From Octopus sinensis (taxonomy: Eukaryota): a DNA stretch of 64,000 nucleotides. Below are positions 63,480 to 64,000 of this stretch, piece by piece (positions within the stretch are counted from its first letter, which is position 1; each line of letters begins with the position of its first letter). The stretch covers positions 37,386,001 through 37,450,000 of the forward strand of contig NC_043003.1 of NCBI RefSeq assembly GCF_006345805.1, in the 5' to 3' direction. The notes beneath the pieces were generated by a model. The model ran no database searches. It worked only from the letters and a program-made list of their open reading frames with translations, and was not told the DNA's origin. The translations under genes were made by a program, and so were the position numbers.

Positions 63480-63900
63480 TTATGTTAAAACAAACCACCA
63501 CCATCATCACCACCACAAAACAGCCATCTTTAGCACTGGCCGAAACAACAACAACAACAACAGCAACAACAAGGAAAATGAAAACCACAATAACAATCAA
63601 AAACAATAATTGTAGCAGCGGCAGGAACAATGACATGTCAAACAAAGAAACGCGCAGGAGAGAAGAGTTCATTGCTACCGTCACCATCACCATAACAACA
63701 AACTGTAACAGCAGAAACAATGCCACTACTACCACTCACCCACCCCAATAAAAAGCAAAATGGCAGCAACGACAACGAAAGTAGTAACGGCAGCAGCAAC
63801 AACAACAACAGCAACTGTAACAGCGAAAGCAATAACACCAGCAGAATACAAATCAATAACACCACCATCAGCGCCAACTAACAGCAGCAAGGCTTCCTTC
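63480..63900. repeat. Degenerate (CAA/CAG/CAC)n low-complexity tract
   Basis: Trinucleotide periodicity with no domain-like translation. Confidence 0.75.
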
Positions 63901-64000
63901 ACTAGAGTGATCCCCCTCAAGAGAGTTTATTCAGTTTCTCCTTAGAAGAGAAGCTGATAAAATTATGGGACACCACTCGATTTACAAAAATTAGGGGAAG

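Noticed and set aside
63356-63945. Thr/Val-rich ORFs at the window end
   Set aside because: Low-complexity CAA/CAG repeats open in several frames on both strands

Overview
Eukaryotic, AT-rich, repeat-saturated DNA with one 100-N assembly gap (14867-14966). The SINE families and very high microsatellite load look like an octopod cephalopod genome (inference from recalled octopus repeats, not a database match). I find no intact host protein-coding gene, and nearly all six-frame ORFs are microsatellite translations. The window is a mosaic of four tRNA-derived SINE families (labelled A-D here), decayed non-LTR retrotransposons (Tx1, RTE, CR1, HERO and several R4/Dong-type elements with a restriction-like endonuclease), Penelope-like (GIY-YIG) fragments, DNA transposons (hAT, mariner, Tc1, MITEs, a Helitron), a 208-bp satellite and a 47-bp minisatellite. 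The most notable signals are: (1) several type I hammerhead ribozyme motifs from different families, including a non-canonical-core variant present twice; (2) SINE B multimers with the same junction at two independent loci; (3) R4/Dong-type elements chained in (TAA)n or ending in (TACA)n, one lacking its whole RT domain; (4) a mariner flanked by a 61-bp duplication; (5) a palindromic Penelope derivative nested in a hAT transposase. All alignments and translations were read by eye, so coordinates may be off by a few bases and family names need confirming against repeat libraries.
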